Shown here: positions 11,436 to 25,606 of the stretch, piece after piece
Layout: each line of letters opens with the position of its first letter
Numbering within the stretch: position 1 is the first letter of the stretch
NCBI GenBank assembly: GCA_951406725.2
Contig: OX597821.1
Location: 49,600,001-49,664,000 of the forward strand
Length of the DNA: 64,000 nucleotides
Direction: 5' to 3'
DNA from: Octopus vulgaris
Taxonomy: Eukaryota
Notes under the pieces: model-generated
Database searches by the model: none
Told to the model about the DNA's origin: nothing
Seen by the model: the letters and a program-made list of their open reading frames with translations, nothing else
Made by a program: the position numbers and the translations under genes

Positions 11436-12020
11436 AAGGTGGCAAACTGGCTGACAAAACACTTAGCGACATTTCATCTAATTTTTGTTCTGGGTTCAAA
11501 TTCCACTTTGGTCGATTTTGCTTCCATCCTTTCGAGATCAAAGAAATGAATACTAGTCAAGTACTGGGGTTGATATAGTCAACTAGTCCCCTCCCCAAAA
11601 ATTTCGGGTTTTGTGCCCATAGTAGAATATAGTAGAAAGTATTATTATTATTACTATTCAGGCAACAAGCTGACAGAATCATTAGCATGCCAGGCAAAAT
11701 GCTATTTCGTCCATCTTTACGTTCTAAGTTCAAATTCCACCAAGGTCAACTTAGCCTTTCATCCTTTTGGAGTTGATAAAATAAGTAACATTTGAACACT
11801 AGGGTCAGTGTAATCGACTCATCCTCTCCTCCAAAATTGCTGCCCTTGTGGCAAAATTTGAATCCATTATTATTATTTTGCTGAGGTCAGTTTTACCTTT
11901 TGTTCTTCCAGGGTCAATAAAATAAGTTCCAGTTGAGCCTTGGGATCAATGCAATCAACTTCCTTCCTCCCCTAAAAATTTCTGGCCTTTTGCCAAAATT
12001 TGAAATCATTATTATCATTA
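11436..12020 (+). mobile_element. Three tandem SINE copies with (ATT)n tails just 3' of the NTMT1 stop
   Basis: Repeated gttcaaattccac...gccttt(t)catcct...aaataagt...gggtc.atgtaatcgact...ccaaaatt units at about 11436, 11660 and 11880. Confidence 0.75.
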
Positions 12021-14634
12021 ATATTGTTGCCTTTGTAAGTAGTCATATTACAGAAGTCATATATTTTAAAGTATATTAATGATTAAAATTGAAATGTCTT
12101 TTTTTTTTTTGAAATGTTGTTAATTCCAAAAGCACTGGTGTTAGGTATCTTATATAGTTTTCATAAACTTGTATTTAAACATTTACCACTTTCACCAGAA
12201 GCAGATGTGTACATTCCGCTAAGTGCTAGACAGTACAAACTCTGGTTGTTTTATCTTATTTGAGTGAAGATATTGCTGTAAAATATTGCAAAATATTTTA
12301 TTTATATGTCTCCCCAAGTAAAGAAAAAAATTAGTGAAAATGTTTTTTCATTTCACTCAAAATGATAAAGAAAAATTCAGATAGTTGGGAAAAATATGTT
12401 TTGTAATAAGATTATATTTTCATACTCAAAAATTATCTCTGACCTCAAAATTTGAAGAAATTAAAATTAAACTTCCTTTTTTACTATTTTATTCTTCTGT
12501 TTTTATTTTTCCATGCTTTGGAATGGTTTTATTTTTAAATGAATATTTACTGTATAGAATAAAACAAATTAAATATTTTTCTTTATGCTTGATACCTTTT
12601 AGTGTCTCAACTCAAATTCAACCTTGTTATTTAAGTTATCCTGTGTTCATTTTCCACTGGAGTTTTCTTGTCTTCGTTACTACAATGTTTGGAATGTAGT
12701 CCTGTTAATTTAAGCCAAACGAAAATCCTAAGCAGGAGAGATCAGAGGTTTTAAAAGTGTTGCCACAAAAGCCATATCACTTGCTACAAAAGCCATATCA
12801 CTCTAGGTAGTGATTGAATGCGAAGTTTGGGGAATTAATGGAAGAATGGGCATTCAGAGAACAAGGGTAAACAAGTTTGAAGATCATTTGTCAAGAAACA
12901 GGATGGGGGTATAATGGAAGACTTGTGGCTCAAAGTTGTTTTTACTAGGGTAAATGTTATTTATATAATGATATAAAATGTGTTAAAAGTAGGTATCACT
13001 TTGAATTTTGGGTGAATATTTTAGGAAATATGACAAATTGAATGATTAGCAGGATGGTCAAAATCTTGCTTAATTAGTCTTAACTTGGAAACTGAGGTGG
13101 TAATCACCTTCAAATAACACAAATTAATAGTGACCATGGTATAACAGCTTCCTACTTTTTTTTTTTTTTTTTGCAATTTTTAAAATATTTATGTAAAGCC
13201 CATTTTATTACATGTTACTACAGTCAATTTTGTAGTGCTTTCAGATCTAGTTAAATCCAAAAGTACAAGTCACAAGGACTTGGCACATTTGTAATTGGTA
13301 TAGAACTAAATAAATCCTGAGATTTTGGAACATAACATTTCAATAAAATTGCAATGTTTCAGATCAGGACACCCATGTGAGTTGGATTTTCTCCATTTTG
13401 ACAGGGATTTTTCCATTTTCTTTTTTTGCATCTTGGTCTTGGAAATGATGGGGGTAAGCTTTTTTTTGAAAGATTGATTTTTTTCCCATCCCCAATCCCC
13501 TGGATCAATTTTGGCCAATTTTGTTTGCACTATGCACTTAAAAGTGATGGGACAAGCCTTTTCATTAAAAAAAAAAAAATGAAAATATTTTCAAACAAAA
13601 GGATGTGTGATTTAAGAGAGATTTAGCTGTTGTTTCTAGCACATTCCACAGCTACCTGATAACTTTCTCAAAATTGCATGTTGACCTACATTAAAAAACA
13701 AACAATGTATAACCTAATTCCTTGCTTTAAGCATTAACAACATCTGTAACTTACTGCAAGCTTGTTAGTAGGAGAGAGAGAAAAAAACCCAAAACGAATA
13801 TGTAAACACTGACAAATTATTCCGACTATTCAAAATTGGAAGAAAAAACATAATGTCTGACTTTAATGGTCTACAAAATTATATTCATTGCACAATATAA
13901 CTTTTATTGACAGAATTTGACCAATACTTCTTGAAGAAAAATGAAATTTACATGTGCAAGAATATCTACTAGGTTTGCCTAGTGCCTCTCCACATGTCAA
14001 AACAGTGAGAGGAAATAAGCATTCTCAATACAATGATTTCATGCTAAGTTTGAGCTCTAGAAGACTTATTAAACTCAATTTAGTGCATTTGTTTGTAGAA
14101 GTATATGTTTACTTAATAAATCATTCATCCATTTCTTGAAATTCTGGTTCTGCTTGACCGCTTGCCATGTGTGAATATGTCAGTTTGGCAAATAGGATCA
14201 GTATACCACCCTCTTTACTAACTTTGCACTTTTTTTATCATATCAGAGCCAGAATTATCAATGACCACATTGAATTCATGAGAAAATTTTTTTCTTATGA
14301 TATGTCCTTTTCTAGGTGAAAATTAACAATGAAATTTTAACTATTATATTTCATAGCAATTATCTGACCTATCCCCATTGATTTTTATATCAAAATAGAG
14401 CCTTCCTCTTCCTGGTAGTATGGTTTTTAGCACAACTCAAGTTATGGCACTTGAGCACATTGAACTAGATTGAGGGCAGCCAGTCAACAGTTAAAACAAA
14501 AAAAAACATGGTACAAACTTTATAAATGCTTGGAAATATTAGGGTGTTTGAAGGACCCTGACATGATATGTAACTCAGATTTTAATTAAAACAATATGAG
14601 AATAAAGTTCACATCCAGAACTTTCAAATGATTT

Positions 14635-14772
14635 CTCTCTTTCTCTTTTATTTGTTTCAGTCATTTGACTGCGGCCATGCTGGAGCACCGCCTTTAGTCG
14701 AGAAAATCGACCCCAGGACTTATTCTTTGTAAGCCTAGTACTTATTCTGTTGGTCTCTTTTGTTGAACCGCT
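14635..14772 (-). mobile_element. SINE 3' half
   Basis: gtttcagtcatttgactgcggccatgctggagcaccgcctttagtcgag is the reverse complement of the 62380-62420 region. Confidence 0.85.
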
Positions 14773-15337
14773 ATATAATTTTCCTCAGAAAATATTTTGA
14801 TATGAAAATGAAGCAAAACGTGTTTTTGTATATTCAAACTGCTTGTCTCCATTCTATAGTGATACCTATTAAAAGTTATTACTAGGTAATTGAACTAATA
14901 GAGATACTAAACACTTAGACTATTGGATCACTAAAAAAGAGCAAATTTGGAGACACTCCCTCTAATTAAGTTGGTCTTAAATTTACATATTAAACTTAAT
15001 TATAGCAGACACCTAATTTGCATACTTAACCCCTATAATAATTGTACCCTTCATAGTAAGGAACAGTGACGCCAAAGTGTCACCAAAGCTGGCTTTTCAA
15101 AGTGCTGCAAAAAATTGGTCTTCTCCCTTCATTCCTTTACTTCTTGTGGCCTTAATTTACCACCTCTCTTCATCTAAAATCATACACCTCCCACCCCTAC
15201 ACCTGTACACTACCTAACTCAGTACCCTCATCACACACCATTATATATACTGTTCAACTCAGTACTCACACCACACACTAGCACCCAACCCCTCTCAGTA
15301 CCCACACCTCTTGCCTGTCTACAAACAAAACGCATAC

Positions 15338-15702
15338 CTCTGTGTGAAAAGTCTGGCTGCATCCAAAAAAATATATATTATGAAACAAAAATAAACACAA
15401 AATTTATTACACGAATCTGTTACCACCACGACAGTCAACTATTTGACACTGAACATGAGTTTGATGTTGAATACATCCACGAATTTTCCGCTCAGATAGC
15501 TCTTCCCAAGATGGCTTCGTGCAATTCATACCTCATTGTAGGGTTTTTCAGTTCAACTTTATCATCCAAAACTAAAGTTAATAATGATTCTGCTAATTCC
15601 ATGTGTTGAATAGAACTCACTGAATAAATCTTAATTAACTGTGTTGTCAATTGTATACACCTGACATATGCTAACGTGTATGCAGCCAGACTTTTTACAC
15701 AG
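15338..15702. mobile_element. Small TIR element (MITE-like)
   Basis: Inverted ends tctgtgtgaaaagtctggctgcat / atgcagccagactttttacacaga. Confidence 0.6.
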
Positions 15703-16339
15703 ATACATCAGTGTTAAAACAAATGCCTGTCTATGACTTTCACATGTTTTAACACCAAGCACAATGAAGTAGCTGGTCCCGCAGGCACTATACCACAGCG
15801 AACCTACAAAATATTGGGCTACTTTGAAGATATTTTAGAAACAGACAAATAACTACAAGTTATAGTGATAATGAAGTATGTTAAAGTAATAGTCTGGTTG
15901 GAAACAGCACTAGACGAATCCCCTATGATTTATCTGATGTTAATAATACATAAATTTAGTGTTAAATTAAAAGAAAAACCATATATCAGTCATACTTGCA
16001 GTCTGGTAAACTTCCCATTTATATTTGTCTACAGATAGGTGTGATATTACAGAAAACAAAATACTAGAATATAGTTAGAACAAGGGGCACATGTAAATCA
16101 GTGATTTTTGTATCTATGGTGATTATAATGTAGGAACTGATCAACTTCATATCTAACCCCAAATATACTTCATGCTCATTTGCTGGAATTGATTATTTTT
16201 ATAATATTCAATGCCTTAGAGATGTGATGGTATTTTCAAAGAGATCACCATAATTACTGAGATGGACATGAATGTCATACTTGCTAATCACTTCTTCAAC
16301 ATACAACAGAAAAGACATTGCTGCCAGAGCTGTAGTCCC

Positions 16340-17040
16340 GGGTGAAGGATAGACCAAGACTGAGCGCCTGACACCTAGAATGTTGTCAGGCACTCACTGT
16401 CCTCTACCAGTCGGGCAATAGGATCAATGGATGTTCCACTTTAGCTATATATAGAGGATTAGTGGTAGGGAAGTGTGACAGCATCCTAGGAGAGACTCGA
16501 TGAAAACAAACTAGCTAGTTTGTTCTGGAGGACTTTTTGGTTGGGAACTATTATGGATAATTTCCAGATGTCTTTGGCTTGGCAGTGTTATTGGGGGGCA
16601 CTACCGGTTCGAGATAAACTTTACAGGCATGGATGTGCTGTGAGACAGGCTTGTCCAAGGTGCTCACAGAGCAACAAAACCATTCTGCATGCACTCATTC
16701 AGTGTCTGAGCATTGCTAACTTGTGTACTTATGTTGAATAGCTGCTGTTGCATATGGGATGGATCCAGTTGTCTTCCATGTCTATAATGATGATTGCCCC
16801 ACTGCTCTCTTTTAACCAGCCAGGCAAGGCAGTTTTCCTTTGCCTGGTAGCAGTGACATAAGAGGTTGTCTGGTGGAAAGGAATGAGGACAGACACTCTT
16901 CTTTGGTAAAGCCCTCTTCATCCTTTTCAAATTTCACCTGAAAAGGAAAGGGAGGTGCTGTCCTTGAGTGAATTTATCAAAAGGTGGGTGAAAATTACAA
17001 AAATGGCAAGAATGGATGGTACCACTGTCAGTTGGAGGAA
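16340..17040 (+). mobile_element. Tx1/L1-clade LINE ORF2 C-terminal fragment
   Basis: LAWQCYWGALPVRDKL...CPRCSQSNKTILHALIQC (zf-RVT CCHC motif). Confidence 0.8.
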
Positions 17041-17619
17041 AGGATTTGGAAAGAGCACTTATCTTGTATTAGATGTTGGGGTTTCATCTGTTATTAAAGC
17101 CTGAGCAAATACCATCTTCAGTGCTCCTAAACAACCAGCCTTGCATCCAGACAGCCCTTTCTGTGGAATTAATATGTACTAAAATCTAGGTTATTTGGAA
17201 AAGAGAGAGTGTGACGAGTGACATAAGCCCAACCACTTAAAAACAAATTCATTGTGGGGGTAGTTTGAAGGCGAGCTGAAAGTCCTATGGTGACATGATA
17301 TGGTAACAGGAAAGGCAATAGGTATTGCAGGAAATTCCTAGCCAGTCCCACACATAGGTGGCACAGAAGATGATGACTGTCTCTTTGTAGAATCTAAAGG
17401 CACCTACAAGATTCATGTTCTCCTTTGTGTGGCAAGCAATCCTATCTAAGTGTAACACTGCTTCTTTGATATCAGAGGCAGGATGAGAAAAGTGTCGCCT
17501 TCAATAAGCTTGGTGTTAACTGCAGACGTGTAGCCATCCAGTTGATTGCAGTTGAGATAAAATAAGAAGAATAAAGGAAACATGTAATCTTAGTTTATTG
17601 GAATATAGGAACTTTACAA

Positions 17620-18715
17620 GACAGCAAAGACAGTCTAGAATGAAAAACAGCGCTAATTACAAATGTATTGGCTCAGATCACAGAATAGTTCACAGTAAGG
17701 TATTTGTTAAACCATATACAAAGAAATCCAGTATACCTCTGAAAATAGATATATATTCTTTAAAAAATTCAGAAATGATAACAAATTTTGAAATGCATCT
17801 AAATTCCAAACATGGGAACATAGAGGAAAGCAAGTTTTGTCGCACAATATTCATGACAGCATCAAATCATCTGCTGAAGAAGTTCTAAGAGTCACGAAAC
17901 GTAAGCATCAAGATTGGTTCGATAAGAATGATTTTCAAATCCTAGAAACTATGCATAAAAGATACAAAGCATGGATCTCAAGCAAACACTCGTCATCACC
18001 CAGATCCCTATACATCTCCACTAAGAAAACTACCCAGAAAAAATTGTGAGATGAAAAATTCTTGGTGGGCAAGAAAAGCCCAAGAATTGGAACAGACTGC
18101 TAACTCACAAGTTGAGAGCATTGTATGACAATATGAAAGGTGTATTTGGTTAAAAAAAGGGTGATATGGAACCTATTCTTTCATACAACAGGTCAAAACA
18201 TTTAGGTAGCAAAGATGAAATTCTGAAAAGAAGGGCTGAACACTTTAAATCTGTATTAAATCATGAATCCACTACTGATCCTGAAGTAATCAATGAAATC
18301 CTTCTGAGGCCTATAATAATTGAGGAACTTCTGGAAGATCCTTCCTTGGAAGAAATAAGTACTGCTATTAAAAACTTCTCAATGATAAAGCTCCTGGACA
18401 AGATGGTATTCCCATAGAAGTGTACAAGCATGATGGTAGATGATTTGTAAGGAAGCTGCACAAATTGATCTGTTTGATCTGAGAAACTGGATCTGTTTCC
18501 TGACAATTCAAAGATGCAACTAGAAGAGTGTATGTGATGATCACAGGAAATAAGTTTGTTGTGCATTGCTGGAAAAATTCTTGCAAGGGTGATCCTTAAC
18601 CACATCAATAAGCATGTAATAAACAGTATATATCCTGAAATCCAATGTAGATTTCAGGCTAGGAGAGATACTGTTGATATGATTTTTGCTCTTCAGCAAG
18701 TTCAAGAAAATGCTG
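17620..18715 (+). mobile_element. Decayed RTE (BovB-like) LINE fragment
   Basis: SDHRIV, RKHQDWFD, RRAEHFKSVLN, LCIAGKILARVILN, PEIQCRF, DMIFALQQVQE. Confidence 0.85.
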
Positions 18716-18980
18716 TGACAAATGAAATATACACCGCCAGAAGTTCTTGTTGACAAACAACAGCAGTAATTTTATTCAGCTGAATACACGTCATTGATTG
18801 GTTGAAATTACTGAAATAGGACAACTTTAACGTGAAATAACTTTGTAAATATAAGTTTTTCTCAAAAATGCTAAAAGTAAAGGATGTTTTATATGATACA
18901 TTCTATCAGTGTCCGAAATTTGAAAGTGTTTAGTTACAAAAAATTATTTTTTAAGTCTGTCAGTCAAAAGGTAAAGATCC
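18716..18980. mobile_element. Half copy of the GGATCTTTACC fold-back MITE
   Basis: Matches 59600-59862 and ends aaaaggtaaagatcc. Confidence 0.8.
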
Positions 18981-19879
18981 TTTATTTTTAATAAAAAAAA
19001 ATAAACTGAAGAGCCTATTATGTATCCAAGGTTAAATTATTTATGCACCCCAAGTATGAAAGCAATTCATGCAGCCGTTTATGCATGAAAAGCGAACACA
19101 CACACACAGGTGTATTTTATATAGGAGATTATGGTTGCATAACGAAATATTACATGCCTATTAGTCATTAATCATACACATCAATATCCATCCTTTGACA
19201 TCAAAAAGATCAGAAGTACAGCAAAAAATTTTAATATCCAGGTCAAATTGACAGAGGATAATGGGAAAATGGCGCATGATATGAAATTAATGGATCAATT
19301 ACCCAAGTATTAGACATGAAGAAACAATAAATGGTACAAGAGGAAACGTGAGGATGATGCTCTTGTAAGAGTTTACAGTGACCACCCAAGCCAAGCAAAA
19401 TGCTACTACTGACAGCTCCTTTTGCCTGAAGTATGTGGTACCAAATCCTTAAGAGAAGAAATTGAAATTAATCATTACTTATTTTGCTCCAGTTTGGATA
19501 TAATTTTTTGGAATTTGAAAATTACCAGATTAACTTGGAATTCAACAGAGAAAAGAATTTTGATTGTTAAATGCCCCAAAAATTATTCAGATATTTTATT
19601 AACAACCTCAAATACAATTGGGTCAAAGTTGAGGAAAAATTTGTCTTCTGTATGCTAATATTCTGAAGGCATTCCTACACATGTTTGTCCCCTACTCAAT
19701 GAAATTTTTTAGAAATATTCTTCAAACGGTGGAAACCATATCTCAAACTCTTAAATTCAACGAACAATTTTGCTGACCAATTTTTACTCCCAAGGATGAT
19801 GCAATACTTGCAATATAATTATTTCAAATAATGAAAAATCAGAAATTACTCATTTTGCCCCATTTACCAATTTAGCACC

Positions 19880-20068
19880 ACCCACCTCCACGCGTTTGCC
19901 CCCCATCACCGCTTGACAAATACTGTTGGTGTGTCTGGCGGTTCGGCAAAAGAGTATGTACTTGGCTTTAAAAAGAACTAAGGAAGATGTGTTCAACTAA
20001 AATTTCTTCAAAGCGGTACTCCAAGCATGGCTGCAGCATAATGACTGAAGGAATAAGAGATAAAAGAT
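19880..20068 (+). mobile_element. SINE 3' half
   Basis: ccatcaccgcttgaca...gcggttcggcaaaagag...gcatggctgcagc..aatgactgaa. Confidence 0.7.
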
Positions 20069-20219
20069 AGTTTTTTTTTCTCTCTGTATTATTTTTCTTT
20101 CGTTCAGAATGGATTTTTCTCCATATATTTACGAGGGCCTACGTCCAAATATGCCACGAGCCCGGGAAAAGGAGAAAGAAAGCGAGAACGAAGGAACTTC
20201 GAACCACTGATGTAGAGGT

Positions 20220-22870
20220 AAACAATGTTAAGCATTCATGTAGGTTGTATAAATGTGCGTGACCTGAAGTTGCTTCCTTAATGACATCAGGTCGCGTAAT
20301 TTGGATGTTATTGTTGCTACAGAAACCCGGTCAAGGAGGCCAAGAGATCTGCTCCCGCTGTTGGATGGCTATGAGAGTTTTTTCTCTCCAAGCAGTCCTT
20401 CCAGCTGGAATGGGGTGTTGGTCCTGTTAAAAAGAAACTGGGTTTCTGAGAAAAAGTTAATTTTTTCAGATCCTGAAGGTAGGTTGGTCATCATGGACTT
20501 GACGTTCAGTCGTGGTAAAGTTATCAGACTGGTTGCAATTTATACACCCACGCCAACTGGGCAAAGCAAGTATTTTCGAAATCTGGAGAAGTTTCTTGGT
20601 ACATCACATTCCTTAGTTGCGAAGCACGCGTAGATTATGTTGGCTCGTGTACAGACAGAAAAGGTAGTCATGGCTTCCTGGAACTGCTAAGCAGGTTTGA
20701 GCTAGCAGATCCTTATAGGTTGGAATTTCTGAACGCTCCATTGTTGACATGGTCAAATAGCGATGGATCTTCCAGGTTATACCTAGAGTGTTAATTAGAA
20801 AAGCAGATAGAAATATAGCTAGGTGTCCACAGTTTCACCCGGTCAGCTACAGTGATCATAAAATGGTCACCTGTAAGCTTGACATAGATAAGATATATAA
20901 TAGAGGCTCTGGCTACTGGAAACTTAATACGTCCCTTTTGGCAATTAAGGAGTACAGAGACCGGATTAAGATGTTGATTCAGAGGGCATTAACTGGTTCC
21001 ATTATTAATAATAAATGGTGGTATGCCCTCAAGCGAGCCATAAAATTTGAGTCTATTAGATATAGCATAGATTTAGTGGCTAGAGAGGCTAGGAGGGAAT
21101 CAGCTTTAGTTAAGGATTTAGAGGAAGCAATGAAAACTGGCTCTGCGGCTCAGGTGAAGAGACTGGCATTAAACCAGCACCGTGAAACCAAAAACATGGG
21201 TTGCATTGTCAGGGCAGTGGGTTGTGAGGGAATCAAGGCCACAGGATGGGCCCAAGTGGTGGAAGCCCAATGTGGTAATGATGCCACAATCCTATCTTTG
21301 ATGAACCAGCAAGGTAAGTTGATAGACGAGCCCAAGGAGATGTGTGAAGCTTTTCAGGAGCACTTTGCCCAGCTTTTCGGTGGGGGCAGCAGACCGGATA
21401 GCAGGGGGGACCTAACGGACTTCCTCGCTGGGCTGCCACGCCTATCGGGGCAGGATGTGAAGGGCCGATCAGTCCCAAGGAAGTAATTGAGATTATGGCA
21501 GTCTGCGATGCGGGTAGGGCGCCGGGACTGGATGGTCTACCCTATGAGTAGTATAAGAGTATGCCAGACTTGTTCAAGCACCTGCTGGTGAATGTCTATG
21601 TGAACTGGCAGCAGAACGGGTTTATTCCCAGATCTGTGCACCGGGGAGTGGTAATGCTTGTCAGAAAGGAGCCGGACAAGGGGGATTCCGTAATTTTCAG
21701 CCCATCACTCTGCTAAATGCAGAGTTGAAGATTTTGGCCAAAGTGTTATCGAAAAGATTGACTTGTGTCGCAGATGGTCTGATCGGGGAGGCACAGACAT
21801 GTGCCGTTCCCGGCAGAACCATCCAGGATAATCTCCATCTTATGCAGTACACTTTAAAGGGGTTTAATAGTGATTCTGGCAAGGGTGGGGCACTGGTCCA
21901 TTTAGACCAATCAAAGGCATTTGATAGGGTTGACCATCACTACCTGGTGTCCGTTCTGGCACAGTTTGGCCTGGGTCTTGGCTTCCTCAGGTGGATCATT
22001 CAGATTTATGACAACAGTGACTCGGTAGTTCAGGTGAACGGCTTCTTATCAAGGCTGTTCAACATCTAATGCTTGGTTCGTCAAGGGTGTCTGCTCTCCC
22101 CGGTATTGTATGTAATGGCTCTTGAGCCATTACTGTGAAAACTGAGCGGCATCCCGAGACAGCCAGGTTGTGGAAAGTCGGTTTCAGCTTATGCGGATGA
22201 CATCACCATCATCGTAACCAAAATGGATTACCTACAGAGGGTAGGCAAGGCCATTAAGGTTTACGAGATGGTGGCAGGAGCAAAAGTTAATCGTGAAAAG
22301 TCAGTCGGCACCTGGAGAGGCAAGTCGATGCCTCCTGACAGCGTCGTGGGATGTTGGACGGAGGGTCCGATTAAGTTGCTAGGAGTTTGATTTGGACCAG
22401 ACCTCCAAATAGAGAAGAACTGGGCTGAGGTATCAAGCAGGGTGACCCACATAGTCAAAGCCTGGTCTTGGTGGTGGCTAACCCTGAAAGGGAAGGCGGA
22501 GGTAGCCAATGTGTTCATTGCATCGGTCATCACCTACCGCCTAACTGTCATTCCTTGCCCTGATTCGTGGTTGAACAAGCTGGAAAGACAGCTCTTCCTC
22601 TTTTTGTGGTAGGGCTCGAAACCGCTTGTGAAATGCTCTACTTGCTGCCAACAACCGTTAAAGGGTGAGCTAGGGATGCCTTGGTTGTTGATGTGCAGAT
22701 ATGCGCTGAGGTTGAGGTATCTGTGGCTCTACCTTGAAGGTGAACGGGTGTGGTCTCCGCTGGGGAAACGGATGTTTCCCAAGTTCACTAGTTTCAGTGG
22801 ACGGATCCTGGTTCTATCAAAGATCGAAGTTGGGTACATGGTTTATGGAGTATCGCAAGGCTCTCCTGCT
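20220..22870 (+). mobile_element. Tx1/L1-clade LINE ORF2 pseudogene (APE endonuclease + RT)
   Basis: DVIVATET, SDHKMV, GYWKLNTSLL, KILAKVLSKRL, LDQSKAFDRVDH, AYADD near 22187. Multiple stops and frameshifts. Confidence 0.92.
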
Positions 22871-22874
22871 ATAA

Positions 22875-23111
22875 TTGTTGTTGACAAAGATCCGGAGAAA
22901 TTGTATTCACCTCAATAGACGTCATTGATTGGTTGAAATTGCCGAAATGCAAGAAATTAAACAACAAATAGCTTACAATCTACAGAATTTTCTCAAGAAA
23001 GTCAAGAGTAAAAGATGTTTTATAAACACATTCTACCAGTATACGAAGTTTAAAAGTGTTTAGTTACAAAGAAATTATTTTAAAAATCTGCCAATCAAAG
23101 CGAAAACATCC
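22875..23111. mobile_element. Partial GGATC-family MITE
   Basis: Matches the 3' half of 36804-37226 (gacgtcattgattggttgaaattg...aaatctgccaatcaaagcgaaaacatcc). Confidence 0.7.
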
Positions 23112-24442
23112 CCCACACCTTCTACCACACTCTCCATATTCCTCTTGCGTTCTCTTTAACCACACACTCCCGCCACCACCCCTTTACTTCCATGCTTTCA
23201 CCACTCTCAATACGATTACACTTACCCACTACCCTCACTTGCACACCTCAAAATATATAAACCCACAAAAATACCACATACACACACTTCTATACATCTG
23301 TGTACATCGATATATTCTCTTGTCCATCCGTATACATCTATATATGCACATGCCACTCCTCCTCCCTTCTTTGCTCCTTCCGTGGAACCACATTACCACC
23401 TGGTCCCTAACCTTGTCACTAGTTTATCTCTTCGAGTCACTTTTTCTTTTTCACTCTCCTCTATTATTTTCCTTCTGATTGTTTTTTAAATATTTATATT
23501 GCCGTGCAAATGAATACGAAACTGTGAGCCACTAGCTAACCCCTAATGCTGTGTGTGGAACAAGTCATTTAATTACTTCTTTGCCAACTATATTTCATTG
23601 GACAAATTATTTTTGCTGACGTTAGATATTTCTGTATAAACGTCATTAAATATAAATGAATTTCAGAAACTGACCCATCTAAATTCAGTTTATTCACACC
23701 TTATGGAATCATATCAAGTAAGTATTCTTAATATATCTAACACAAACGCATCAATGACATTTTCAGTGTTTAAAATCGTTTTTATATTTGAATTATTACA
23801 ATATTTAATGATCTTTAAGTGATAAGGCTGCAATCATTATATATATATATATATATACCTTTCTATATCTATATCTATATATATATATATATATATATCA
23901 GGAAATTATAATTCAGTGTCGAACTTGTTGATCATTTGCAGGTGCGACAACACAATGTTCATTGAACTAATAGTATTGATAATTGAGGGCATTCCAGTCT
24001 TAGAAATACAAAGAGGTGAATGAGCTTTTTGCTCTGTTTTGGACATAGGTTTCTTCCTCGTTGTTAATACATTTCTTGCCAATAGTCTTAGAAATTTATT
24101 ATTTATTTCCATACAATTTTACATATTTACACACGTCTGTGGTTGTCGACGATACCATTATCATTTAACGTCTATACACAGGAGTACATAACTCACACGC
24201 ACAAATATATTTGTGTTTAGATATTCCTTTTTCTTTTGGTTTCTGGAAGAATTTGTCTAATGAATCGAACCCAGTTTTTTTTTAAAGCCTGGTAACTTAT
24301 TCTATTCTATTAATTTGCCGAACAGCTAGATTACGGGGACGTAAACACACCGGTTGTCAAACGGGGTGGTGCAGACATACAGAGTCACGCACACATCTGT
24401 ATGTATGTATGTATGTGTGTGTATATATATATATATATATAT

Positions 24443-24585
24443 GGCGATGCTTCGGTATATGTACACACGTGACTTTGTTTACATTTCTGAAACCCTTTTC
24501 TGCCACCCCTAACCCTAACACCCCATATATAAAAAAAAACAACACTTTTTTGAAATGTATCCGGTACTTACACCGGTACATATAT
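24443..24585. mobile_element. Partial GGCGA-family MITE
   Basis: ggcgatgcttcggtatatgtacacacgtgac... is the reverse complement of 63065-63214. Confidence 0.8.
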
Positions 24586-24595
24586 ATATACATAT

Positions 24596-24705
24596 ATCAC
24601 GTGATCATGTGACCGACCAGGCTATCAGATGTTGCTACACATCGCTGGTCACAATGCGCTTCGCATTGTTTTAACCTTCAAATGACGCCACCCTGCTGGC
24701 TATGC
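24596..24705 (-). mobile_element. SINE fragment (family of 50762-51065)
   Basis: gtgaccgaccaggctatcagatgttgctacacatcgctggtcac matches 50768-50860. Confidence 0.75.
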
Positions 24706-25606
24706 TACTTGAAGCTTTTGTGGAAGACAACTGGAGGTTCCTACAGGACAACCTGTTGGGGGCTACTGACCAGAACTGTGGCTGGTACAAAGTCCCATCT
24801 TGACCTAAGGTAACATGGTGGTGGAACAATGTAAATAAACCTTAGTGCTTGGCTTTCGTAGATATGGAGAAAGTCTTTGACAGAGTCCTCCAATCACTTA
24901 TCTGGTGGTCAATGTGGAAACTAGGGATAGATGAGTGGTTGTTGAGAGCTGTACAAGCCCAGTATAGGGATACTATCAGTAAGGTGAGGGTTGGCAACAA
25001 GTACAGTGAAGAATCAGGGGTTCACCAAGGATCAGTCCTCAGCTCCCTCTTCTTCATCATAGTCTTCCAGGCAATAACAGAGGAATTTAAGACAGGATGC
25101 CCCTGGGAGCTCTTCTTTGCTGATGACTTTACTCTAATAGCTGAGTGACTACAAGAACTAGAGAAGTTTCAGGTGTAAAAGCAAGGTCTAGAATCGAAGG
25201 GCCTTAGAGTCAATCTAACAAAAACCAAAGTCTTAGTAAGTAGAAAGGCAGACAAACCACAAATTCCTTCAGGTAGATGGCCCTGCTCAATCTATAGAAA
25301 AGGCATAGGTAGAAACTCCATAAGATGTACCCAGTGTAAGCTATGGACGCATAAGAGGTGCTGCAATATCAAAGGAAGATTATTTGGGAAGATAGTTTTT
25401 GTGTGTGGAAGATGCACAGGGGCAATAAACACCAAAGATGTACAGAAAATAGATTCTATAACTTGCCAGGGGGAAAAAAATAGTAGTAGTTGATAGTTCC
25501 ATTACCTAGGTAACCAAGTCTGTAGCAGGGTTGAGAGTGTAGCTGCTTTAATAAGAATAACCTGGGCAGAGTTCAGAGAGCTCCTACCTCTGCTAGTAAC
25601 AAAGGA
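24706..25606 (+). mobile_element. Internally deleted RTE LINE (RT + PHD region)
   Basis: AFVDMEKVFDRV, GVHQGSVLS, ELFFADD. Collinear with the reverse complement of 48400-49190 and 49980-50130. Confidence 0.88.

Noticed and set aside
15420-15600. Possible host exon
   Set aside because: It has an in-frame stop, no recognisable motif, and lies inside a TIR-bounded element.
16340-22870. One Tx1 element split and rearranged (3' piece upstream of 5' piece)
   Set aside because: The pieces overlap at a homologous position with different sequence (HLECCQAL vs WFMEYRKAL), so they are separate copies.
23056-23478. 140-aa ORF
   Set aside because: It spans a MITE end and low-complexity C/A-rich DNA with no protein motif.
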